IMG/VR virus record: IMGVR_UViG_3300029288_000092
Span: 1 to 64,000 of that record
Length of the DNA: 64,000 nucleotides
Source of the DNA: a virus
Taxonomy: Duplodnaviria; Caudoviricetes
Strand: one strand, 5' to 3'
Part shown: piece after piece, positions 30,154-39,900 of the stretch
How positions within the stretch are numbered: the first letter of the stretch is position 1
Layout: each line of letters opens with the position of its first letter
Notes under the pieces: generated by a model
What the model was told of the DNA's origin: nothing
The model's database searches: none
What the model saw: only the letters and a program-made list of their open reading frames with translations
Made by a program: the position numbers and the translations under genes

Positions 30154-30280
30154 TGTAAAATAAAAATCTCCTTTTTAATATTCAAATTTGTATTTGTTTA
30201 TTGAAAAACAAATGTATGTTTTTTCATCAGTTCATCCACGGACTCACGTCCGTGGTTTTCCCGATTGGTTTATAAATGAA

Positions 30281-30313
30281 AAAAAAGAGCAGAAGAAATT
30301 ATCTCCTGCTCTT
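30281..30313 (-). terminator. Intrinsic terminator after the 1548-aa fibre gene
   Basis: AAGAGCAG...CTGCTCTT hairpin with T-run on the minus strand. Confidence 0.7.
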
Positions 30314-30329
30314 AAACAATAATATAAAA

Positions 30330-33300
30330 TTAGTTAAGAATTGTAGGACCAAATGAAACGATTAAATCATTATCGCTCAATTTAATACCAACTCGTTTAA
30401 CAACGGTTGAAGCATCTGTCGGTTCTGTTGCGGTATATGCCCCAGCGGTTGTATCGGATACATATATTACATCACCAACTGAACCAATACTCGTTAATAA
30501 ACCTGTCTTAGTAAATACTCTATCAAATTTAACATAAACTGTTTCATCTGCACCTGTAGCTGCACTGGTTGCAATACCTAAAGTTTCATAATAATAAGAT
30601 GTATTTGCTCTGCTCTTAACAATTTTTCCTGATGTATTGAGAGCTATAAGATCTCCAATAGCTAATGCTTCGCCTGATGTTAAAGCCATCAAGCCATCAC
30701 GAGAAATTTGTTGTGCCGACCAAACATCAGCAGATCCAGTTCCTGAATCATTAAATTTAACTGTTAACTGGCTAGATACGTTTTCTTCAATGGTGCTATC
30801 ATCAACTTTTATACCAACACCATTTGTTGCATCGACATTAATTGATCTTGCTATATTAGATCCGCCCACCGAATCAACAGCAAGATCTATTGTTATGGTA
30901 TCAGTTTCAGCATCAGTTGTAATTGTAATTGCATTTCCGGCTGCAAATGTTAAAGTATCATCTGCAGCATCCGCAACCACACTGCTTTGACCAGATACCG
31001 AAATTGTCTTAAATGCATACGAAGCAAATGTTCCTATAACTTCAAGTTCACCAGACAAATTGACTTGAATTGTAGTATCATCAGTCTTTGCTGATAATAT
31101 TCCACCAGTTAATCCCAGACCACCACCTGCAACACTTGAAGACAAAATAATATTAACTGTTTCCGGTGTGTCTGCTACAGTAATAGACATCGAATTATCA
31201 GTAGAAATGAATGTTAAAGTATCAGCATCTGAGTCTGCCACTGTAGTATTTGTTCCATCACTTATGGTCTTAAAAGAATATACTGTAGGAATTAATCCTT
31301 CAATTTCTTCTAATGCATCTTGAACGTTAAGTGCCGAACCACCATATGTCCCACCTGTGTCCAAAGGTAAACTGGTTGCATCAACTAAATTGGTTCCAGT
31401 GCCCCAATCAATTTCTGCTTCACCAACAGCATCGGCTGCAAGTTCACTGGTATCAATACCATTGGCAGTGACCTTAAGACCTGATGACCCAACTGTTAGA
31501 GTAGAACCATCAAGTTTTACTTCTAATCCCTTATTAGTTGAATCGAATGCAATACCACCATCTGATTCTAAATTAATTCTGATTTTATTTGTATCTTCTG
31601 TTAAACCATAATTTGTATCAATTGTATCCGTTACATCGACTTGAATATTACCAGAACCATCAAAATCCAGGCCGCCGTCAGTTGTTAATTTAACTTCTAT
31701 TGCGTTTGATGTTTCACCAAGACCTTTATTCGTGTTAATTATATTTGTAGAATCAACCTCAATTTCATTTGATGCATTAATAACAATAGTGCTTCCGTCA
31801 ACATTAACTCCAATAACACCACTAACAACATCCAATGCACCATCAGTATCAATCTTGGCTTTACCCCAGTCAGTAGTGCTGGCATAAGGAATGGATGATG
31901 CTCCAGTTTGCTGCCACACTTGAGAATCAGCATCCCAAGAAAATTGACTATCACATACACGACAATAATGTGTTTCATGTAATTCTAAAGAAGCATATTC
32001 TCTGGAGAATCCAAAATTTGTAGCTTCTGGTTGTGTTGTTGGTAATGCCACCATATCCGATGACAATGCTTCATAAACATTTGTAAGAGTTGGATTTGCA
32101 ATAAGTGATCTTGTAGCTGCTCCAGCATTACCATAAATTCTAGTAGATTCTCCGATTGTGTCTTGCCATAGAATCAAAACATCATTTGTAGCATCAACTG
32201 AATCCAATAATGTTGTAGTGGTAGATATTGCTATATTACTATCAGCCACAATTTCTGCGCTAATATTTGCTAATGTTGCGTTAATATCTGCACCAATTGA
32301 AAAATCAGTTCCAGCAATAAAACTTTCTGTGTTAGTTCCATCATATAGTGAAATAGTATCGCCAGTTTCCAAATTAGCAGATAACTTCAACACCTGTGCA
32401 GCATAAATACCACCAGATGCTCCATCAACTAATTGATCACTAATAAGTAAAATTTCTTTCCATAATTTACTAACAGCAGCAACTGCTTGAAGCTGACCAT
32501 AATTAACAGCATCACCCGGATTTGCACCATCTGCTAAATTGGTTATGCTATTGGAATCCATATCAATGTCACCAGACATGGTTCCACCAGCAAGCGGCAG
32601 ATAATCTCCGGTCATCGAATCATATATTTCAGCTAATACCGCTTCAACATTTTCTCCAGTAAATCTAGTACCAGAATCAACCACGGGAACATCATCTGCT
32701 GCAACTTGGTTTCCGGTAGTTCCCCAATCAATTTCTGCAGAACCAACTGCATCTGCAGCAATTTGATCAGTATCAACTGCAGAATTGGCAATTCCGAGTG
32801 AAAGTGTTTTAGTTGAAGCACTTCCGGTGATAGTTAAATGTGTTGAAGTTATACTCATTGTATCGGATCCAGATGCTGTCAAATTATCGCCGATATCAAC
32901 ATTAAATGTTTTCCAAGCATCTACAACTACGGAACCAATACTATCTCTTAATTCTTCTAAGGCACCATCAACATCAGTTGCAGTCCCTTCCCATGCAGTG
33001 CCAACAGGGACATCATCTGCTGCAACTTGAAACACATCAGTTCCCCAATTTATCTGAGTATCTTTAATTCCATCTGCTTTAACTGTGACTTGGCCAGTGG
33101 AAAATTCCATAGTGGTACTATCTATACTAACATATAAACTTCCATCTGTATATTGCAAAAGACCATTTCCAGCTCTAACAACATCCGCATTTAATTTAGC
33201 AGCGGTAACATTATCATCTATTATTTTAATGGTGCTTACAGAATTTGATCCCAACTTACTTTGTGTTATTCCAGAATCTTTAATACGAATAGATGCTGGC

Positions 33301-34976
33301 GTAGCAGAACTCGGAACATAACTTGGTTCCACAATATTATCAATTGCGCCACCCAGTGTTGCAGTTCCCCATTTGCCCATATAATTTGAACTAATCTCTA
33401 TTTTTAACGCTTCAAGTGATGCGTTGCTACTTGTCCAGGATGCATCACTTATCACTTCTACACTATCAACTGTTACATCTGCTAACTTATTTGTATAGTC
33501 TAATGTTACACCAATTGATAACCCGGATGCTGCTTCAGCAATAGTTGCAACAGCTGCAGCAGAACCTATTACTCCTTCATCTCCTTCTTTTTTGCCTTCA
33601 TCCATTTTTGACAAATACAAATTGACGTTTCCGCTTCCATCTGCTGATAAACTCAATCTGAATTCTGCTGTTGTCCCTGCAACATCAGTCCAAATTATAT
33701 AAGCGGTTGGATTTTCATATACATTATTAGATTCCAAAAATAAATCTGCAGAAAAAGAGTAAGTCCCAGTTGAAAATGGATCAATTTTTGATATAATAAT
33801 TCTATCAAAAGCAGAATCTGTTACTCTATATCCTGCACTAAGACCAGTTTCACCAGTTTTATAATCATCGTTATATAGTAATGAAGAATAACCAGATACT
33901 AATCTCCAATCATATTCTGTATCCGATCCATCGCCAACCCAACTCGTGGATGAAACTGCATTACCATCAACTCCGTCATCAAAATCATCCCAATCTGGAG
34001 GTTGCTGCGCATCGACCCACTCAATTGTTGAATCATCAACTTCATTTTCCAGAATAAAATTTCCAGATGTATCAAAATTATTACTTACAATCTTGGCACC
34101 ACTGACGAATGTCAAAGAAGTGTTTCCAATATTGGTAATATCGTTGCCATTCATATTGATGTCGCCCGACATTGTTCCACCGGCAAGTGGTAGATAATTA
34201 CCAACTGAGTCTCTTAATTCTTCTAAGGCACCATCAACATCAGTTGCAGTTCCTTCCCATGCAGTGCCAGTCGGAACGGATGCAGCATTAATTTGATTGG
34301 TACTGGTTCCCCAATCAATTTCTGCAGAACCAACTGCATCATCAGCAAGATGTTCTGTGTCAATTGCATTATCGGCAATCTGTGATGAACCAATACCATC
34401 GGCCTTAACTGCTACTTGATTTGAGCCATTAATTTCAATAGTAGTGTCATCAACTTTAACATCGAGCACTCCGGTTGTTAATCCAAGACCATCTCCAGCA
34501 AATGTGGCAGCAATATGAAAATCTGCACCAGCTGGTAAATATGACGTAATACTTAAAGAATTATCACTAGACGTGAATGCTAAATCGCCACCATTATCGG
34601 TTGCTGATACCTGAGATAAATCCGGAAAAGTAATTGTTTCAAAAAAATCACCAGAACCAATAGCACTATCAACATAAGATTTGGTAACCAGATCGGTGTC
34701 ACTAAATGTTTCTGCGGTTGTTGAAATAGTATAAGCCCCTATGCTCCAATCAGCACTTAGACTTCTGGTTCCATCAACTAATACAAAATCACTTTCACTT
34801 TTACTACCAACTTTATCAGCATTTAAATTTGTAATAACTCCAGTGTATGATATTGTAATAGGTGCAGCAACAGAATCATTTAAAGTAACACTCTTGACTT
34901 GAATAGAGTCATTAGTTTGATCATGCTTTTGAAATTCGCCATTTGCATTTAGCTTGATAAATTTTACATCAGCCAT
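30330..34976 (-). CDS. Large acidic fibre protein (probable head fibre) with C-terminal cement-like domain
   Basis: Repeats YLPLAGGTMSGDI, VDDSTIE, GTAWEGTATDVDGALEELRDS (x2), AVGSAEIDWGT; C-terminal SGEALAIGD..YVSDTTAG domain. Confidence 0.75.
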   Translation of the reverse strand: MADVKFIKLNANGEFQKHDQTNDSIQVKSVTLNDSVAAPITISYTGVITNLNADKVGSKSESDFVLVDGTRSLSADWSIGAYTISTTAETFSDTDLVTKSYVDSAIGSGDFFETITFPDLSQVSATDNGGDLAFTSSDNSLSITSYLPAGADFHIAATFAGDGLGLTTGVLDVKVDDTTIEINGSNQVAVKADGIGSSQIADNAIDTEHLADDAVGSAEIDWGTSTNQINAASVPTGTAWEGTATDVDGALEELRDSVGNYLPLAGGTMSGDINMNGNDITNIGNTSLTFVSGAKIVSNNFDTSGNFILENEVDDSTIEWVDAQQPPDWDDFDDGVDGNAVSSTSWVGDGSDTEYDWRLVSGYSSLLYNDDYKTGETGLSAGYRVTDSAFDRIIISKIDPFSTGTYSFSADLFLESNNVYENPTAYIIWTDVAGTTAEFRLSLSADGSGNVNLYLSKMDEGKKEGDEGVIGSAAAVATIAEAASGLSIGVTLDYTNKLADVTVDSVEVISDASWTSSNASLEALKIEISSNYMGKWGTATLGGAIDNIVEPSYVPSSATPASIRIKDSGITQSKLGSNSVSTIKIIDDNVTAAKLNADVVRAGNGLLQYTDGSLYVSIDSTTMEFSTGQVTVKADGIKDTQINWGTDVFQVAADDVPVGTAWEGTATDVDGALEELRDSIGSVVVDAWKTFNVDIGDNLTASGSDTMSITSTHLTITGSASTKTLSLGIANSAVDTDQIAADAVGSAEIDWGTTGNQVAADDVPVVDSGTRFTGENVEAVLAEIYDSMTGDYLPLAGGTMSGDIDMDSNSITNLADGANPGDAVNYGQLQAVAAVSKLWKEILLISDQLVDGASGGIYAAQVLKLSANLETGDTISLYDGTNTESFIAGTDFSIGADINATLANISAEIVADSNIAISTTTTLLDSVDATNDVLILWQDTIGESTRIYGNAGAATRSLIANPTLTNVYEALSSDMVALPTTQPEATNFGFSREYASLELHETHYCRVCDSQFSWDADSQVWQQTGASSIPYASTTDWGKAKIDTDGALDVVSGVIGVNVDGSTIVINASNEIEVDSTNIINTNKGLGETSNAIEVKLTTDGGLDFDGSGNIQVDVTDTIDTNYGLTEDTNKIRINLESDGGIAFDSTNKGLEVKLDGSTLTVGSSGLKVTANGIDTSELAADAVGEAEIDWGTGTNLVDATSLPLDTGGTYGGSALNVQDALEEIEGLIPTVYSFKTISDGTNTTVADSDADTLTFISTDNSMSITVADTPETVNIILSSSVAGGGLGLTGGILSAKTDDTTIQVNLSGELEVIGTFASYAFKTISVSGQSSVVADAADDTLTFAAGNAITITTDAETDTITIDLAVDSVGGSNIARSINVDATNGVGIKVDDSTIEENVSSQLTVKFNDSGTGSADVWSAQQISRDGLMALTSGEALAIGDLIALNTSGKIVKSRANTSYYYETLGIATSAATGADETVYVKFDRVFTKTGLLTSIGSVGDVIYVSDTTAGAYTATEPTDASTVVKRVGIKLSDNDLIVSFGPTILN
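32944..34269. repeat. ~60-bp near-identical direct repeat pair in the fibre gene
   Basis: 32944-33004 and 34210-34269 (TCTCTTAATTCTTCTAAGGCACCATCAACATCAGTTGCAGT...). A second shorter pair lies near 32721 and 34310. Confidence 0.85.
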
Positions 34977-35008
34977 TTAAAATACCTCCAATTTTTTTTA
35001 GAAAAAAA

Positions 35009-35569
35009 CTACGAAATTTCCAAAGGTTCATTTTTTATAAATTCGATAGATTCAATAACATTATCCATAATTCTTAATATATTTTTTCTATTTTTTATTT
35101 TTTCATAATATTGAATATATTTATTTTTAGATTCTTCTATTGTATTTTCTAACAATATTTTATCAACATTATTTGCATTTTCATTTTTTAATATATATCC
35201 AGAACATAATTCATCATTTATTTTTTCAGATATTCCACCTCCACAATTATATAACAATTTTAAAGAAGGATAATTAAAAGATTTAACAATGTATTTTATT
35301 TTGTTTACATTAATTAAATTAAATAATAATTCAATAGATTTTTTTCCAATACCCTTTCCAGAATATTTTGGAAAAACACATATACACAAGGAATCATTAT
35401 TACGGATATATTCTATAAAACCAGCAATATTTTTATTTGACATTATAGTAAAAGAATAAGAAAGAGGAACTTTCTTTCCAGTTCCTATGAATGGATAATA
35501 ATATCTAGCAGCGATTTGCATAAGAATATCATCAACTCCAGCTTTTAAAGATACATTTATATTTTGCAT
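35009..35569 (-). CDS. GNAT family N-acetyltransferase
   Basis: Acetyl-CoA loop KYSGKGIGK and N.PS.KL...GG motif B. Confidence 0.7.
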   Translation of the reverse strand: MQNINVSLKAGVDDILMQIAARYYYPFIGTGKKVPLSYSFTIMSNKNIAGFIEYIRNNDSLCICVFPKYSGKGIGKKSIELLFNLINVNKIKYIVKSFNYPSLKLLYNCGGGISEKINDELCSGYILKNENANNVDKILLENTIEESKNKYIQYYEKIKNRKNILRIMDNVIESIEFIKNEPLEIS

Positions 35570-35576
35570 ATGAAAA

Positions 35577-35879
35577 TTATTTACTTTCTACTATTTTCAG
35601 ACCCATATTTTTTACACTATTCATTGCACTATCAAATGATTTAAATCCTTCATTCTCAGATATTATTTTTCCAGATTTATCATAAAATATAATACTATAA
35701 TGTTGAGTTCCTTCTTCAGTAACACCTCCTTTAATAACTGATATAGACCCAATATTACTATAAGGAATAAAAATTGCTTCATCTCCATAATTTTTAGAAA
35801 GAATTAAAAAATTTTCACACATATTTATACTCTCCTTAATCCTTAGATGCCCAAATATATCTTTCACCGCTGGCGCCAT
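35577..35879 (-). CDS. Hypothetical protein
   Basis: Short ORF; probable start MCENF (ATG ~35823) after AAGGAG. Confidence 0.55.
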   Translation of the reverse strand: MAPAVKDIFGHLRIKESINMCENFLILSKNYGDEAIFIPYSNIGSISVIKGGVTEEGTQHYSIIFYDKSGKIISENEGFKSFDSAMNSVKNMGLKIVESK

Positions 35880-36897
35880 TTATCACAGCTGCCTGAATAT
35901 TTCCTGTTGAGGTCATAGAAACACTTGACCAATTTCTACCACCATCAGATATGAAGTTAGTTAAATTTATCCAAGTTGCTCCATAATTTGATGACCCCCA
36001 TATATTCCCATTAGTTCCGGATGTTCCACTAGAGACCGCAGTTTGATATTTACCATCTGATGATACGGATATACCCCTCCAAACATAATAAAGACTTGGT
36101 ATAGCTGACCAAGTTGAGCCATAATTTGAAGAAACATATATATAATCATTAACTGCAACTGCAGTCTGATATTGCCCATCAGCAGACATGGAAACACTTG
36201 ACCAAGACCGTGTAGCATCTGATGTTAATTGTGACCAACTAGCTCCATAATCAGAAGATCCCCATATATAATTTCCAGAAGCAACTGCGGTCATATATTG
36301 CCCATCAGCAGACATAGCAGTTCCATTCCAGTTTCTATTTGTACTTGTTAGTTTTCCAGTCCAACTGGTGCCACTATCTGATGATATATAAACTCCAGGC
36401 CCTCCATAATTTCCTATTAACATATATGTTCCATTAGAAGAAATAGATGGACCTTTCCAACTATAAGGTGTAGCACTACCTTCAGGATCAACAGATGACC
36501 ATGACACTCCATAATTTGATGATATCCAAGTTCTTCCACTTTCTGCACCTGCTAATTGATATGCTCCATCAGACGACATGGCAACTCCTAACCAGGATCG
36601 TGTGGAATCTGATGTTAATTGTCCCCAGTTAACTCCATAATCTGATGAGCCATATATATATCCACCATAAACAACCGATGTCATATATGCTCCGTCACTT
36701 GAAATTGATATTCCATTCCACCACCTGGCGGTATTATGTATTACCTGCCAATCTAAACCATATATAGCAGGAAATGTTTGCTTCCAAGCAGATCCAGTGT
36801 ATACATACACTTCGGCATCTTTCCAATTGGTTCCATCATATATTTTAACTTCGTCCGAAGATTTCCAATTGCTTCCATCATATATATTAATAACCAT
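35836..36897 (-). CDS. Asp-box/BNR beta-propeller protein, putative receptor-binding adhesin
   Basis: Seven W..(I/V)SMS.DG.Y..A......I..SS(D/N)YG.(S/T)W repeats; N-terminal YDGSNWK repeats. Confidence 0.8.
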   Translation of the reverse strand: MVINIYDGSNWKSSDEVKIYDGTNWKDAEVYVYTGSAWKQTFPAIYGLDWQVIHNTARWWNGISISSDGAYMTSVVYGGYIYGSSDYGVNWGQLTSDSTRSWLGVAMSSDGAYQLAGAESGRTWISSNYGVSWSSVDPEGSATPYSWKGPSISSNGTYMLIGNYGGPGVYISSDSGTSWTGKLTSTNRNWNGTAMSADGQYMTAVASGNYIWGSSDYGASWSQLTSDATRSWSSVSMSADGQYQTAVAVNDYIYVSSNYGSTWSAIPSLYYVWRGISVSSDGKYQTAVSSGTSGTNGNIWGSSNYGATWINLTNFISDGGRNWSSVSMTSTGNIQAAVINGASGERYIWASKD

Positions 36898-36906
36898 AAC
36901 TTCCCC

Positions 36907-39900
36907 TTACGCTGTATATTTGAAATAGACATCTCCAGCTACCATTCCACTGGAAGGAGGATCACTAGTTCCATATGTAAATCTACCATCTCTAGCATAA
37001 TAAGATGCAGTTTGACTATTCAAACATGTAGCATTTACATTTCCTGATGTATCAAATGCAGTGGATGACACTATAGAACCATCTGCAAATTTTAAAGAAG
37101 AATTATTAATATTACAAATTGAAAAATTACACATATCTAAATTACAGCAAATTTCAACAGCACCTGATGCTGGAATATTTATTTTAGTAACACCTGTTGT
37201 TTCTAAACCTAATCCATATGCATCATTATTTCCCAATGTTCTATTTGCTCCTGCAGTATCTCCACCATCACTAAAATCACCACCAGTTGGAAGAGTCATA
37301 TATGAAATTCCGTCTGCAGTAGAACATAATATACATCCATTGCAATAATTACTTGGTGTATCACATAAACTAATAAATGTTGTGCATGCTATATTGGTCA
37401 ACGAAACCCACCCAGTTCCTTTATATCCTTCAAAATCAGAACCAGACCATCTTATCATTCCACTTATATCACACCCAGAATTTCCTAATTGTATTCCACC
37501 CGTTACACATATATTTCCTTCCGCTTTTATAGAATAACTATCAACATTCCCTCTAGCGCATACACCAACTTCACCCCAGGCACAAACGCCAACAGTACCA
37601 GCACACATTTCTAAAGCAACATCATCATATATACCTATTCCAAAAACACCAATATCACCGCAAAGATAAGCGCTGACTGCTCCACTTCCACCAGTTGCAT
37701 ATGTTTCTAAAGCATACCCACCAACAGATGTTTTAACAAGATTTGCTACTGACCCAGATCCACTTTGTGTTGCTTGTATTATTGGATCAGCACAAAATAC
37801 ATTTAAATCGAGCATTGTGATATTTGCAACTGTTAGTCCCGTTCCAGATGGATTGACAACTACAAATTTATCTCCTTGACCGGTATAAGATGACATCCCA
37901 GTTCCACCCCTTGAAACACCTAAAGTTCCAGATGTTATGCATGATGTATCATGTGTATGAGATGCCAAAGCAGGGGTTGTAACAAATTCTAATGCATTAC
38001 CATCTCCATTCACTTTTAACCAACAATTAGCGGTATATGAACTTGGTGTATCAGTCAAATCAGTAAATTCTAAAGAACTTGCCGGAAGATTAGTTAATGC
38101 AGAACCATCACCATCGAAACTAGTTGCCTTTACTTGACCGTCAACTTCTAAAGTTTGTGTGGGAGTTAAACATCCTATGCCAACTTTACCGCCCATGATT
38201 GCCATGGTACTGCCTTGCGACAGCGTGTGCAAATTACCATCAAGTCCTATACCGAAGGAGTAAACCCCACTCGCCGTTGTATTTACTCCCATGGCTGTGC
38301 TGCTGGATCCCGTTGCGTGGTTTCCAAAACCAATAGCTACAGAATTATCGCAAGTGGCAGTAGCACCATTACCAATAGCAAAGGAGTAAACCCCACTCGC
38401 CGTTGTATTTACTCCCATGGCTGTGCTGCTGGATCCCGTTGCGTGGTTTCCAAAACCAATAGCTACAGAATTATCGCAAGTGGCAGTAGCACCATCACCA
38501 ATAGCAAAAGATTTGATACCGCTGGCAGTAGCACCAGCACCAGTAATGTTTCCCATCACACCTAAATTACAACATACACAGATGTCTCCGCCGCATTCTA
38601 TGCAAAGTCTAGTCTGATTGTCTGTTATGAATTCTAAAGAATAAAAATCGGTATTCCCTAGAACTCTGTTATAGCCTCGACACTCCCCCCCATTATTAAA
38701 TTCACTGGGAGGCGATGACACGATCCACTTATTAACCGAAGAAGTATAAACTAAAACATCTCCATCAGTCGGTGGCATATAAATAACATCATTCAAGTCT
38801 CGAACATTCCCACTAAAGTTAAGAGCAACCGAATCATTCATTCCAGGAAGTTCTACATTATCTATGGTCACAATTGGTTGATTTACATCACTAACAAATT
38901 GAATATGAATAGAGCCTAATGCATTTGGTGTCGTTCCAGCACTGTATGATGCCCCATTAAAGCCAGATAACGGAATCATTCCTCCACCCTGATCGACACT
39001 AATTGTTACTAAATTATTTGTTAGGTCTACATCCACTTGAATATCAAATTTATTAACAGTTACTGATGTATCTGGTGGAATTGATAACAATCCCCCGGAG
39101 TCAGTGGCTGAAATAGTCACATTGGTAGCACCCCACGTAGCAGATATCATTAATAAAAAAGTTCCCATTACTGTTTTATAATCTTGTAGAAACAACATAA
39201 TAGTTGCAGACTCATCAGGATGAAAATTGCTTTCCAACGTAGCCTTAGCTGTCCAGACACCCGATGATGTTGATTTATTAGCATTACTGGTCATCATGGA
39301 ACTACCCACTGGAACAACCAATGTTAGATCATCACCAACGCGGAATAAATTAGAACCCCCATCTGCGACATAAACAGGACTGTTTGCTACCGTGGTCCAT
39401 GCAAAATCATCCAATCCAATCCAAGGATTAATAATTGTTGTAAGAGGTTGTCCTGCAGTTTTGGAGGGGTCATCAAAATCTCCCCAATATAATGGGGCTC
39501 CCAAACAAGAAAATTGAATAGTTCTGTCATCAACTTCACCAGATAAATTTAGGCATCCGGTGGACTTAAATTTGTCCGAATGAATCTCTGCACTATCCAC
39601 AAACTTTAAAGATGAGTTTCCAATATTGCAGATATCACAACTACACATATCCAAATGTCCATTAGAAATAATACCCTGAGAAATTATGCAACCATCCACT
39701 GATAATTTATGGGATGGAGTTAAACACCCAACACCAGTATAATCCGCACCAATATATATTGTATTTCCTTGGGAGAGAACCGGTTTAGTCACAACATAAC
39801 TTTGTATTCCTAATGAACAATTTCCAGTTACACATATACTTCCAATTCCAATTGATTTATCAGCGCAAACAACAGTTCCATCACCAATAGCTACACTATT

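Larger units (their letters stand above)
28961..30271 (-). mobile_element. Non-autonomous IS200/IS605-family element (TnpB only, IS1341-like)
   Basis: Right end on minus strand GAAT-CCCCCGGCTTTAGCCGTGGGG-AGGTTCAA, matching the IS608 GAAT/TCAA rule. Left-end hairpin CCACGGAC-GTGA-GTCCGTGG (30236-30255) is preceded by AAAA and by target TTTAT (30272-30276). No tnpA. Confidence 0.85.

Noticed and set aside
32944-38508. Diversity-generating retroelement template/variable repeat pair or CRISPR array
   Set aside because: The repeats are in-frame coding duplications with isolated mismatches rather than many adenine-specific changes. No reverse transcriptase, cas gene or spacer periodicity is present in the window.
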